A DNA stretch of 63,890 nt, the filler included, from Platydemus manokwari (lineage: Eukaryota), in assembly GCA_037951405.1 (NCBI GenBank). It is 6 parts of 6 records of this genome, joined end to end, with 100 filler letters (N's around TTAATTAATTAA, not from the genome) between each part and the next. Parts side by side here need not be neighbours in the genome. Positions count along the whole stretch, not along the records: positions 8,820 to 20,443 come from JBBMOY010561107.1; positions 20,544 to 29,343 come from JBBMOY011347871.1; 4 more parts are not named here. One strand, given 5' to 3'. The translations under genes and the position numbers were made by a program. The notes under the pieces are model-generated. The model worked only from the letters and a program-made list of their open reading frames with translations. It searched no databases and was not told the origin of the DNA. Shown here piece by piece: positions 10,766-23,650 of the stretch. The first letter of the stretch is position 1, and each line of letters begins with the position of its first letter.

Positions 10766-13700
10766 GTCACTATACCATAACCACCGATAAACTAATAAAC
10801 CAGGGCTTTTACAGGTACAGTCATAAGAGACAATCCAAAATTCTTACTGTTCTATCATTATAGAACGAAGCAATAGAAATTATAAATAAATTCGTACGCA
10901 ACTTTCCTGCTTAGTTATTTGTCGAAAATAATATTTTACGGTATTATATCTAAATTTAATTTCTGTATTTTATTGACTTGTATTCTTTGGTCACATGAAA
11001 TAACAATTATATATTATTCAAATCGAATTATCTATTCTATTATTGATCAATAATTTAATATCTTATTCTGTTCATAATATACATATACCTGAGTCAAGTG
11101 TAAAAATAATTTAGAGTTCAATACATTTATTTACTCAAATTATTTATAGGAATGAATTATTGAATTAATTATCACATTGCAAAGAAAGAATCACAGCGGA
11201 GTTAGATGGTAAACGATAATTCGAAAAGGGACATAGCAACAGCACATACATAGGGATTGATCAATCCTACACTGACAAAAACCATTAAGCCTATAGAAAC
11301 ATGATAAAGTAAAGATCAAATTAAAATGTGATACAAACATGACACAAAAAATGCACATAGATCTTGAGTATAAATACCTATGTAAGCCCAGGCAGTTGGA
11401 ATCCAAGTTTTGGTTGCGTTTTTTGAGAGATTTTATTGAGTTGAAATTGGCCATGGTCTCTGTTTATCTGAGGTATTTACAGTATTTTGAATCACTTTTG
11501 AATCAAGGATTATTTTTAATTTTATCGAATTTTACAATTTTCGTTTTCATTATAGAATTGTAAATGGAGCATGTTATTTTTAATCTTCATGATTTATTTT
11601 TATTGAATTGCGATTTTATTTCTATTGCATGTTAAAGGATTTATTTCATAGTTACTCAATTTAAATCAATACATTTTTGTTGAAACTCCTACATAAAAAA
11701 TAAATCCTATTATGTAAGAAAACATCCATACATTTTTAATCCTACACATTTTTCATATTGATAAAATTTACATAACAATTTTCAATCAAAAATAATTCTT
11801 ATTAAAATAGATATTACTTAATAAATCCCACATATATGATAATTGTATTGATATTCACTTATGGTTACAGTGCACGTCGATCAAATAAATAAAGGATTAG
11901 TATTGAATTGTTAATAGGAAAATGTCTGTCAAGGAATTTTATTTTATACTTCTCAAACCGAATCACTAAAAATTTTATTAGTTTCCTGTTAAAAATTCTT
12001 TGTTAATTTAATTATAATTTTCTTTATCTTAAAAGTTATTTTTTATCAAAATTGTCTAAAAAAATTTTCTTGGTAAAAAATTTTATTATTGACTTCTTAT
12101 TATTTTGATATCTATTATGTTATTACAATGTGTGCTTGGAGGTGTTCCACCAACCAGCACTGTAGAAGGAGGCAGTCACATTTCCCTACGAGGACAAGTC
12201 TATTTCGATAGGATTACAACTTTATTTATCGAAATCAAAAAAACTTGGATGTCTTTTTTGATCTTTAATAGCAAATGCTCAGGCAATAATACACACACGG
12301 AACTTTTCATTCTCGAGCATATAGGTCTCTGAAATAATATCACTTAAAATCTTTATTTGAGGATTCCTAAAAATTTATTTTGTTATGTTTTGTTCATTTA
12401 TTTGCTACTTCAATTTTGTGTATTGTTTTCAAGGGAATCAAATTTTAAACTCATTGTTGTCATTTCTAATTACTATCCGCATCATACGACTTAAAGTTGT
12501 ACTCTAGCCTTAAATGGTCTTTGAAGTCAGTTTATTACAAGTTAAATTGTAAAAATTGGATTTTATGATATTTTTGCTGGCAACATACATTTAGATACAA
12601 AATGAGGTCGTGATAATTTTCCTCATAATGTCAAACGTCAAAACAGTTAAAAATTTAACAAAACTAAAACCATAATAGGGTATAATGAAACACTATAGAA
12701 ATAATTATCAACCAGAAATAAGAACCTGTATCTTGTATTTGAAAATATTTTGTTTGAAATAAATAATTTTTAAATAAATCGAATGATATTTGTTTTTATT
12801 TACGTCCAAAGTGATCGTCAAATTCCAACAAATAAATTAACGGATGTGAGGTATTCGTATTTAGTTTGAATGGAGTTTTGTCAGAGAGTTAGCAGTTCGA
12901 TTCATCGATTGATGAATGCAAGCTACTTTGTGTCAAAATTACGTTCTTACATTTAAATATTTATGGAAATTATCTGTAAATAATTTTTTAATTCATAAAT
13001 ATTTATTATTATTGCGTGCTATTTTCTTCCATTGATTTATAACGGTCATGATAAAACAGATGTTGTCCGAACAAGATTCTAGGCAATAAATGAATTTCAA
13101 CACTACAAAATCAAAAATTTCGAGACATAAAATGCATAGTTATTTAAAAGCATTAAAAACATTTCATTATTAAAAATCATTAAATCCCCTGCTTCCACTT
13201 GGTACGGTGCTCGGATTTGACATTGTTGATTCATTTAAACAAATTCATCTATCTTGTCGATGGTACGAAAAATCATTGACAAATACTGTTCATACATTGC
13301 TACTACATATAAGAATGCGAATACACGCCCCTCGACAGAAAATAAACATACAATATTAGATTCTACCACTTTTAATCGAACAATATATTGCTTGGACATT
13401 ATTTAACCCAGACTTATTAAAATAATTACTAAAATTGATTTTTACTCAAAGTACTGATATTGACCAATTATCGAGTTAACAATCAGATCTAAATAATACT
13501 CTTTCATTTCTTTCCATCAACTGGATATACGTTTATTAACAAATCAATTATTTTAACAAAGTCCACACTTTTCACGTAAATTTGTTTATCATTTTATCGA
13601 TAACAATGAATTGTTTAAGAGTTTAAATGAAACCAGTTACACAATTGAGAGCAAATAGAACTTCAGGCCTTCTCCAACAGACTGATTGCAATCATAAAAA

Positions 13701-13946
13701 CTATTTTACCTGATAATAATAATACCCCGGAATATCGAATATTGATGACATCTGGCCAAATTCAAAGATATAATATAATTTTAAAAAATGCTAACACAAA
13801 TCGAATTTATTGATATTCACTTCCTCATCACCATCATTTTATCTAATAAAACATAAAAATAAAGGCTAAAAATCATAAAATATCATCAATATCATTGTAT
13901 AAATCTTAAATAATTTATTTAATCGGAACATGTTCCACCAAAAAAC

Positions 13947-16281
13947 TTAATCTTTCATTATTTGTGAAAGCAATTTCATCTGTTCTTGAGCTTCTCTTTT
14001 GCAATAATTATATTCTTTGATCTGATGTTTTCTGGTATCTTCATCAATGATTTCTCCATTACTGGACTCTTCAATGGAATCATTGAGTTCATTATCACTG
14101 TCGTAATTCTTGTTGGTGGGATCTTTGATATCCATTCTCACATAATTCGAGGGAATACAATAGCGCTACAAATATAATTATTGTTGTCAATGAAACGAAA
14201 CACAAACATAAAGATTTAACAATAAATTCAATCGATCAATCATTGATCTCAATGGGATTTTTCAAAGCTTTTGAAAATTATCAAGGGGATATAGCATGTA
14301 ATCAATTATTAAAATATAGAATATTTTCCCGCTTATATTTTATTGTAAGATGATGGCAGATATTATAAAAAATTTAAGTCATTAATTGATTACTGAATGG
14401 AGATGAACATATTCACTTAAATAATCACACATCATAAACATTATCAATTATTATTTTAATCGTTATTAACAACTCGATTCAACTATCTATCATTGTAAAA
14501 TCATGTTATATCTCCAGTTTAACAAACCATTTTTAAATATTTATTATCATCGAAACATTATCAACAGCAATAATAATTAAATATGATATCATATTATATT
14601 GATGGCATAACAACCCCCTACTCCTCGTGAAACTCCCCTGCCCTTATCAGTACTGGCCCCACCCACGCTATCAACACACAAAACACAATATATTTTATAA
14701 TCATATCAACCAATGAAATTAAACCTTGAATTTCTTGTAGAATTCATTGTAACCTTTCTTCATGATATAAACCTTTGGGAAAAATAAATCTGGATAACAA
14801 CTGAGATTAGCCAATCTATCAACATTTCTCAAACATCTCGCCCTAAAATATTAATCAATAATCAATCGATCATAAATGGAATGGAATCAAAATAAATTAA
14901 TAATATTATTATTATATTAATAAATTGTTTATAAATAATCGATAATAATTATATTTTATTGATTATTATAAATAATTATATTTATTTGAATATTATTATT
15001 ATTATTGATTTTTCAAAATTATATTATTATTACAGAATATTATAATAAATGTTGATAATTATAATTATTATTGAATATTAGGGTAAACAAATCTCACATT
15101 TCAGGTCCCCGAATCGAAGAGAACTCGCAATGAAAAATATATGCCTGATATTTCCAATTAGAATGAGGTTTCTCGATATTGACGATTTTATCAAGAAGTT
15201 CTTCCAACGATTCTTCCGGTGTATCAAGCGGTTGTTTGAGAGTTTCCAAATCATAATTGCTCATGAAAATGTAATTCAACATTTGCCATGGTGTGTAGAG
15301 ATTGACAGCACCACAAATATGACCACCCTCATATTCATATGGATATCGACAATCAATAATGTGATATGCTGATGAATCGGATGTGAAATCATTATCGATG
15401 ATCTGTACAACTTGTTCGGCGAGAATCTCTTCGATTTTACAATTATCAATTGAATCCATGCTGGGTTTGATTTGATCTTTATCGTATGTTCGTTGAACGC
15501 GTTTCTTTTCTTTCTTGCGCGGTTTTGGAACATTTTCGTAGAACATTGGCGAAATACTGCATTGGGCGAGACTTCTTCGTCCTTTCAGTCGAACCATTGG
15601 ATTCAAACAAGGTAGCTGAACAAGGTTGGCACTCTGTTTGTCTACATCTATCTCATTAATATCACAAGGGGTTTCTGGTGTCAGAAAGGTTGGATTGAAA
15701 TTCATTTTCAATGGAGTGAATGTTTGAGCTTTGTAGAGACCAGCTTTAAGAAATTCGAAAGAATTGTCGAGTATATTGTTGCTATGATTAATATTGGTTT
15801 CAGTGATGGATTTATTGAGATTGAAACCGATGTGACTCTTATTATCATCTGATGAATTTATTATTGGTCGAGGTAATTTTCTGAATTCTGCAAAAGGTAT
15901 GATTTGGTCTTCTGGTGTGCCTTGACAAGGCACGTTATTATCATTGGTCAGTAAAATCTCGTCCATACGAGGTGTTACGGGTAAATTATTAAAATGCCCC
16001 AAGGGGATGATTTGTTCTTCTGGTGTACCAAAACAAGGAGGTGTATCACAATTTTCTTTTACATTATCCAAGTTACATCTACTTTTAAAATTATCTGTCA
16101 AGCATGATTTTGTAATCATTGGCTTTTTAGCAGAACTTTGATAGAAATCTTCATTTTCATTATTAAAATCAATAAAATCATTCGTTTCAATAGATTGTCT
16201 TTTTGATATTATCAAGCTCACGTCGAAAGCCGAACTTCGTCTTTTAACAGGTCTTTTACACATATTTTCTTTATCTTCCAT
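13947..16281 (-). CDS. cdc25: M-phase inducer phosphatase Cdc25 (506 aa); exons 16281-15098, 14842-14725, 14165-13947
   Basis: IIDCRYPYEYEGGHI and active-site HCEFSSIRGP. GT-AG introns join in frame to ARCLRNVDR..YPDLFFPKVYIMKKGYNEFY and then RYCIPSNYVRM (conserved CxPxxYxxM). Total 1521 nt. KEN boxes near the N-terminus. Probable 5'UTR intron at 16299-16403. Confidence 0.96.
14890..15080. repeat. AT-rich low-complexity (ATT/TAA) tract in the first coding-region intron of cdc25
   Basis: Near-pure A/T with imperfect (ATT)n runs. Confidence 0.7.
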
Positions 16282-17519
16282 ATCATAGAAGTTAAATTCT
16301 GTTAAAATAAATAATGTTAATTAAAGAAAAACTTTGATAACATATATATGGATAGTATATCGTAAAATTACAAATTTTTGTTTTTTAGTTTAAAAATACT
16401 TACCACCAGACTGAATAAATCAAAAGTACTTAATTAAAACTAAATAATTTTCATTTAATATTTTTAAAATTATTTTTAAACATTTTCTTTGTCCATGACA
16501 AAAATGAAATTTATTGAAACAAATATCTTTTATAATAATGAATTAGTTGGATCGAATTAAATATTATTCTTTTTAATATCTGACATTGAAATATTACAAA
16601 TATGGCTTTTCTTACATATGCCATTTAGAGTTCGACACCCGTTCGAATTAACATCTATCATATCGATTTTAAATGTATATTACAGTGGTAACTTTAATAT
16701 CGATATAAATATTATATATGGTTTCAAATTTTAGAAAATTTTTCAAAAATTGATGAAGTTCTTCGATCCAACTTGCAATTAGAAATAAAGAATTCGAATC
16801 AAATAATAATTACAACTTTAAAAGCTCCTATCAAATTAATTACTGTGTTGTTTTTTAGTGTTCGTCATTATGGAATGTTTTATGATTAATATTACGAGTA
16901 TCGGTTGATATTTTTTTGGTCATTTAACATTTTTAATCATCAATCATTTATTTTGGATTTTTTTTTAATTTTTTACATTTACCTTAACTATTTTTAATTA
17001 ATGTGCATGAATTGCAGGCATCTGTTTTATTTATTCCGTTATATAATTCAATTATTGGAGCACCTTTCGACAATTTTCTTTTTCATCTTATTTGCAAATA
17101 TTGTGTTGCTCTAAATGACATACGTTATGGTTTAATTACTCTGTGAATGAATATTATCGATAATTATTCTGCATTTATGATATATTTGTGTATATATAAA
17201 TTATCAAATTATGTACAGGTATGATCATAGTGATACCATCAATATATTGAAAATAACTGAGTCGTACTATTGAGTTCACAACTTATATAAAGATAAGTGG
17301 AACGGCATAGACAATGTTTTTGTGAACTTAATCCTATTAATACTTCTCTTACTATGTCAGAGTGATTTTAATGATTTTTTTCAGTCTCTTTTATTCCAAA
17401 ATACTCCTAAAGATGATAAATAACAACGATAAAATTATTAATGAGCCTTAAAGGCTAGCTTCCAAATGAAAAACGAAACTCGCTTAAGCACTATAATATT
17501 TGTTGCAATCAGAGAATAC

Positions 17520-18690
17520 AAGTTTAAATATTTCTATGGAGAGCAATGATTTTGATTCCACTAATATATAAGTAAAAGGTGGAATTTCAGTGCGACAGTT
17601 CACGTTAGCAGATTATCGACCGTAAACCTCTCCGTGACATTTGGGAAGTAGTTTCTGGAGATAACGCGATCCATGAGGTTTGAGTCTAGTGAGTAGACAG
17701 GCTGCTTTAATAGAGACACGAGCTGTTCTTCAAGCCAAAGTTGAATTAACTATGCTACGTGAGGTCTGGCATTGTCATGCCGAATTACCATTTCCCAAAC
17801 AGGTATTCTTGCTTGAAAGTTTAAAATTCTATTCTGCAGGAATTGTAGATATCTCTCAGCGTTGATGGATCCACCGTCATGAAGAATTTCGAAATACGTG
17901 AGTGATTTTGCTTAGTTGCTGGCAACAATAATCAGAACTTTGTGATCACATATTATCCGCAATAATTGGACGATCATCTGTGCCATCCACTCAAATACTG
18001 TTGAATTCTTTGGAGGTACTTCTTGAAGTTAAATCCATTTTTCATCGAGAAATGATCTTTTCCTCAGCCCTTCATGTAGAATAAAAATTCAGCATTTATT
18101 TATAGCAAGTCTTATCTGTCAGAATGTGAGGAACCCTCCTGCTGCAAAACGAATTCTGTCCAAGTTCTTGTTTCAATATGTGGCGAGCACTCATTTTATT
18201 TTAATGTCAGTGACTCTTGAAATGGCTGAACAGTTTAAGTGACAATCTTCTTCAATTATTTTACGCACAGTAAAGACATTCTTCTCTGCAGTGCTCGTTC
18301 TTGGACTTCTTGAACCTTCTTTTCGCTCAAAAAGTGTTTACAGTTCTCCTGCAAACTCTTTGATAATTTGCTGTACTCTCCGAAGGCTGACGGCCTTCTC
18401 TGCTCTCCTACTTTCGACAAGAAAGCGATTGATTTCGGTAGCCGAAAGGTTGTTTCGTGTTAAAGTTGCAATGAAGAAATTCGCATCGCATTGCTTTGCC
18501 TTCATCTTTCAGGCTAAGTCATATAACCAACTCTAATCGATTTATTTAAATTTAAGTCTTGAACTTTCCAGTCTTCTTAATGACCTACCTTAGAAAATTC
18601 ACCTAAGAAAGATCTTCCTAGAAAATTTTAACTTTGATCTTCAGATATTTTCTAGTGATAAAAGCCAAAGTTTTTTGACAGCCCCTATAT
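17520..18690 (-). mobile_element. Degenerate mariner (DD34D) transposon
   Basis: From ATG 18505: LSATEINRFL..AVSLRRVQQIIKEF..ERKEGSRSPRTS (HTH region). DEKW at 18046-18035; HDNARPH at 17779-17759; YSLDSNLMD with the third Asp at 17671, exactly 35 codons after the second. TIR-like TA|TAGGGGCTGTCAAAAA near 18690. Confidence 0.9.
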
Positions 18691-20188
18691 ATAACGTTAT
18701 AACTTATATTATTTATTTAACCATTTGGCTACCATGTGATTTATTATTGTTTTGGCTATTGGTATCCCTTACTAAATGGCCAGTTAACTATTTATTCGTC
18801 AACATCTAGACTTGTAAAATTAATTTCTTGTTCTTATTTGAGCTGCTGTAATTCATCTAATATGTGTCTCCACGCATGGACCCGTTTACAATACTTGAAT
18901 TTCCCATTTCATAATTTCACAATCATTCGTAATAACTAAATAAAGTTTGAATTGAGTTTGAGTGTTTTGTTTTGTGTTTGTAATCGATCACAGCTTTGAC
19001 ATTCGAGAAAAATTTGAGTTCCATAAGTAATCAAAATGATTGTTTATCAATTCTTATTATTACTTATGTTTTGTTATTCAGTAATATTCTCGTTTTTTGG
19101 TTTAATTTATGATTAGGTTATTGCTAGCTTTTGTATCTATCTCACTGGCTCTTAGGAGACTTCAATAGTGGGTATTAAGGATCACACTATTGGAAATTAT
19201 TTTCATTTATCGTGTAGAAATATTTATTTGCTGAAATAAAATAATACAAAAAATTTGAAAATAAAACAAAAATTAACTTCAAGATCAAACGCGTCTTGGA
19301 AGTGAGTTGCTGGATTGTGGATAAGTTTTTCAGTTGGCACAATGAAAATTATCACAAACACCGATTTATTTAAGCTTTCATAAAACTAAGTAATTATGGT
19401 CAAATGATCATGTTTATGCGAAAATATTTAATTGTAAGGATAAATCTAACTTTACTGTGCTACAGTTTGCGATTGAAATCAAATGCTTGAGGATCTACTT
19501 TCAATTAAATCATGATTTTCACATGTTCTATACCGCCTATATCCGCTAAATAGTTTTGTCCTCAGAAATCAATTAGTTGACTAGGAATTATACTATTAAT
19601 ATAAGCGATCAATATAAGTAGTCAGTAGTTAGTGTTGCTGTGGTTGTGCTTGTGTTTAGACTGATTACTAATCAGCTATTTATATTGGCTTATCGATACC
19701 TTTTGTTCGTTCTTAGAATAATTTCTTCATTCTTTGAATGCCATACCTCATTCTTGCAAAAAATTTTCTCTTAATTAACTTTTTCTACTTAATTAAATTT
19801 TCCTTTTAATTAATTTATATATATTTAAATTTTGTCAACTTTTACTCTCATCTCGCTTCTCTTACAGATGAAAAATAAAAATAAATTATCAATCATAAAT
19901 ATTGGTAATAAAAACACAATTATTTGATTTAAATAATAAAAACACGAAAACATATCTTTATCAAATAATTCACAATTATAACCAATTATTAGTTTTTAAT
20001 ATTCAAATATCAGTTGTCTTGTCATTTTAATTAAATTTAAAAATGAAATTGTTTATGATTACTTCAATTGGATTGTTTTTTGATAAGATTGCTCATTGAA
20101 TTTGCAGATTGTTGGCTGAAATATCGGGTTCTACACCTCAATAGTCAGGGTTTATGCTTTTGTTAAAGATTGACGGGTATTTATATAA

Positions 20189-20443
20189 TATTAGGTGTAC
20201 CGGAAAATAATATCGTATTTTGTGATTGAATAAAAACACTTAATTTTATATTAATATACATATATTTTAGTCAATATTATAATCACCCTCATTTTCAATG
20301 ACCTTTTGCCATCTAATGGCTAAACTTTCAATTCCAGCTTTGTAAAATGAAGAAGGTTTTTGATTGAAATAAGTAGAAACTCCATTTTTGACGTCTTCCT
20401 CATTTCGAAATTTTTTATCACTCAAAAAATGTTGCAACGACCT
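20189..20443 (-). mobile_element. Mariner 3' end (transposase C-terminus plus terminal inverted repeat), truncated by the contig end
   Basis: Uninterrupted RSLQHFLSDKKFRNEEDVKNGVSTYFNQKPSSFYKAGIESLAIRWQKVIENEGDYNID*. Terminus TA-TTAGGTGTACCGGAAAATAAT is typical of mariner TIRs. Confidence 0.93.
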
Positions 20444-20543
20444 NNNNNNNNNNNNNNNNNNNNNNNNNNNNNNNNNNNNNNNNNNNNTTAATTAATTAAN
20501 NNNNNNNNNNNNNNNNNNNNNNNNNNNNNNNNNNNNNNNNNNN
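20444..20543. other. Artificial contig linker
   Basis: N44-TTAATTAATTAA-N44. Confidence 0.98.
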
Positions 20544-23500
20544 ATATAAATAATGATTATTATAAATACCAATATTTTAAACAGGTCTTTTCTCCAGAAA
20601 GTGAAGGTCATAAAAATACATATTGATAAAAAATAAAAATTAATACAGTAAAATCGATACACATTCGATACGTACTGTCAAGCACACATGTTTCAATGTA
20701 AATCAATTGTTTTAACCAACTAGTTGGGCCAAAACCCCAACATATTTTTACATTTTAGCTCTACAAATATTGGTTATCTAATTACTTCTCACAACTCAAC
20801 TGTTAGTCTCTTTTTAATGCAATTTCTAGCCAACTGATTTCTCAAAATATTTCAACTTAGAATCCATGAACCGTAATCAATTGTTTTTCCTTGTCCTTTT
20901 TTCAGCTGGGAGTGATCCATTGATGTACTTGTTTTTACCATACATTTTCTATAATAATTTTCATTATTTTTGTTCCTGCCCTTAAAATAAATTTATTTTA
21001 TTTTCATAATAGGATATAATTAGATCAATGATTCTTCTTTGTCACAAATATTATTAAAATGGTTTTTACTTTATTTGCAAAATTTGTTAAATGATTTGAT
21101 TTTATTTGTATCGGAAATATTGAATTTTATAAAATTTTTGTCCATGTATAAGGCTGATATTACTTGCTTTACCCTTCGTAACTCAATCGATATAGATAGG
21201 ATTTCCAACAATTGCCGAAACAAATTAAAATTGAACAAAATATGATTTATTTTTCAAATAAAATGTTTAGTTGTATTATAAATAAAATTATTCTGATATT
21301 AAGATTTCATAGAAAATATAATTTAAGAACATGAGTTTATAACTATTGCAAAACATTGACTAGGAATTGTTTAAATACATTTAAAAATAGTTAATTTTTT
21401 TGAATTTTGAGGTATACAACGGATCATTCTTAATACTATGTCGTAATATATTGATACGTTTTGGGGCTTGGGTTTTTATTAACGGCTTAAATCAGTCTAT
21501 GTGCCTTCTATATTGCAACGACACCTATTTTATTCTATGTTTTCACCTCGCGTTAAATAGTACCTGATTATTTCCTGTAAATGTTACAATTACTATTCTT
21601 TTTATCAAACATCGTTTGTGAACTGACAACTAAAACAATATCAAATAGAAAAGTAAATAGTGATAGTAAACATTGATTGAATTGACACGATGTGATATGT
21701 TGTAAGCAACTAAAATTATTCGATGAATTGCTGTTACCAAACTAAAAACAGATAATCGACACTGAAGATAAATAAATAAACTGAAATACTTTAACGAAAT
21801 GAAGTCAGAATAGAATATAAATGCACAATAACATAAAAATGTCCAACTGGTTATGAAATGGTTTATCAGCGCTAATTTTGAATACAATTCAATAAAAAAA
21901 ACGTTGTGGTACGAACATCACTTTGTTTAAATGAGAATCGATTAATTACAATATGGATTGTATGCAGGAATATATATTTTTTGGAGTTTAATAATGAAAA
22001 TTAACGTTATCTTAATTTATTTTATTTAATTTATTTTCAGCCTCCTGTCTTATACTAAAACACTATCCATATATAAACAATCTAATGGTTTGGAGAGAAT
22101 AATTGTCAGAAAATCTAATAGCTAGAATTAAAATTTAATATCAGCAATAAACATCTTCATATCAAAATAGAGACAGTAATAATAAAGATTATTCTTGCAA
22201 AGCACAATTACAAATGAAAATAAATATAAAAGGACGGAATTAGAGTGCAAATGACCCAAAAATTGGAACTAATCGAAGAAGCATATTTATTGCATCAGAA
22301 TTCACTTATTCGCAAAAGTCGAGAAACATTAGAAGTGTAGAAGTCTTTGCTGTGATGAGCACTTTGTCGATATCCAATCAGTCCAAGAAAGATATTATCT
22401 GTATTGTTAAACTATCAAAATTAATATATTTCATTTGTAAAACCCTTGCAACTTGGTCTAATTTCAACATCACAAAAAGGTATTTGAATCACAATATATA
22501 TATGCAAGTTGGTAGTAAATTCAATTTGCGAAATTGTTTTACTAAATTGTGTATATTTTGTTTATATTTAATATATTTTTGTATTGAAAAATACTAACAT
22601 TTTTGATTTGGATTTTTGTGATCATTTCTATATTGTATCAGCAATCGTGACTGAGAATTTATCATAAAGTATATTTGATTGACTCAAATATTGGTTATTT
22701 TATGATAAGTATCGCTATCGATTTTATTGTGTTCAATGTTGTTATGGGTGTTAATTCAAATGACAGAGGAATTAATAAACTAAAGGTGGTGTGAATAATT
22801 TTTAATATTAGAAGCATAAAATTGCTGTAGATGACGTTCTTATGTTCTCCACATTGTAGCTAACATGTTAAGGGTAAAAATAGTATAAATAGTAATTATT
22901 ACAAACAGATGCCTTGATATTGATTCTAATATAAGTGGTCGACAGAAAGAGGACCCAATAATCAACTACTATATATAATAGAAACAAATCAAAATACTAT
23001 ATGGCTCAAACATAACATATGATAAAAACAGTAAAAAGATTTTTAAAACTTTATAATAATTTTGCATTAATTTTTAATTCTAAATTTATTTATAATTCCA
23101 CCTCCAATCAGAACAGAAAGTCTTCGTCGCTTCTTTGTGACCAGATGTGGTAAATAAATAATACAAATCAGGTTTCTATAACTCGCATCTTGTTCTGAAT
23201 TTTCTCACAAGATAGATTTAGACAAATAAATTAACGCGCACTTCAGCCAATGATTGGGCTGTCAAGATAAGCTTTATTATGTCGCCAATTAAAAATTCAT
23301 TTTTTTAGAATCTTTTATAATCGTGGTTATTTTATCAAATCGATCAATTAATGATGTTTAATACTGACCCCCCCAGGTAATATTTGTTTTTGAAAATGAA
23401 AACATTCTAATATGAATGGAGAGTCTAACATTCTAAATCTCTGACATCAAAGATTCACAGAGAAGAATTTACTTTTCCTTCAGAAACTAGCCATTTTTGG

Positions 23501-23650
23501 AGAGGTTTTGAGATTCCAATTTATGGAGAATCACTACAGCTAATTTGAACAATTAATCGCTTCCTTCCTGACAACAAATCTCAACAAAATTAAATGATAT
23601 CGATTCGAAAGTTTTTGCCGAAAAATTGAATTCAAATAAACATGAAAAAT

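Noticed and set aside
12860-12905. tRNA/SINE-like A box (TAGTTTGAATGG) and B box (GTTCGATTC)
   Set aside because: Spacing is too short and there are no cloverleaf stems.
20700-21240. Possible LINE remnant (WITP-like motif, minus strand)
   Set aside because: Only one or two short motifs, not enough to call.
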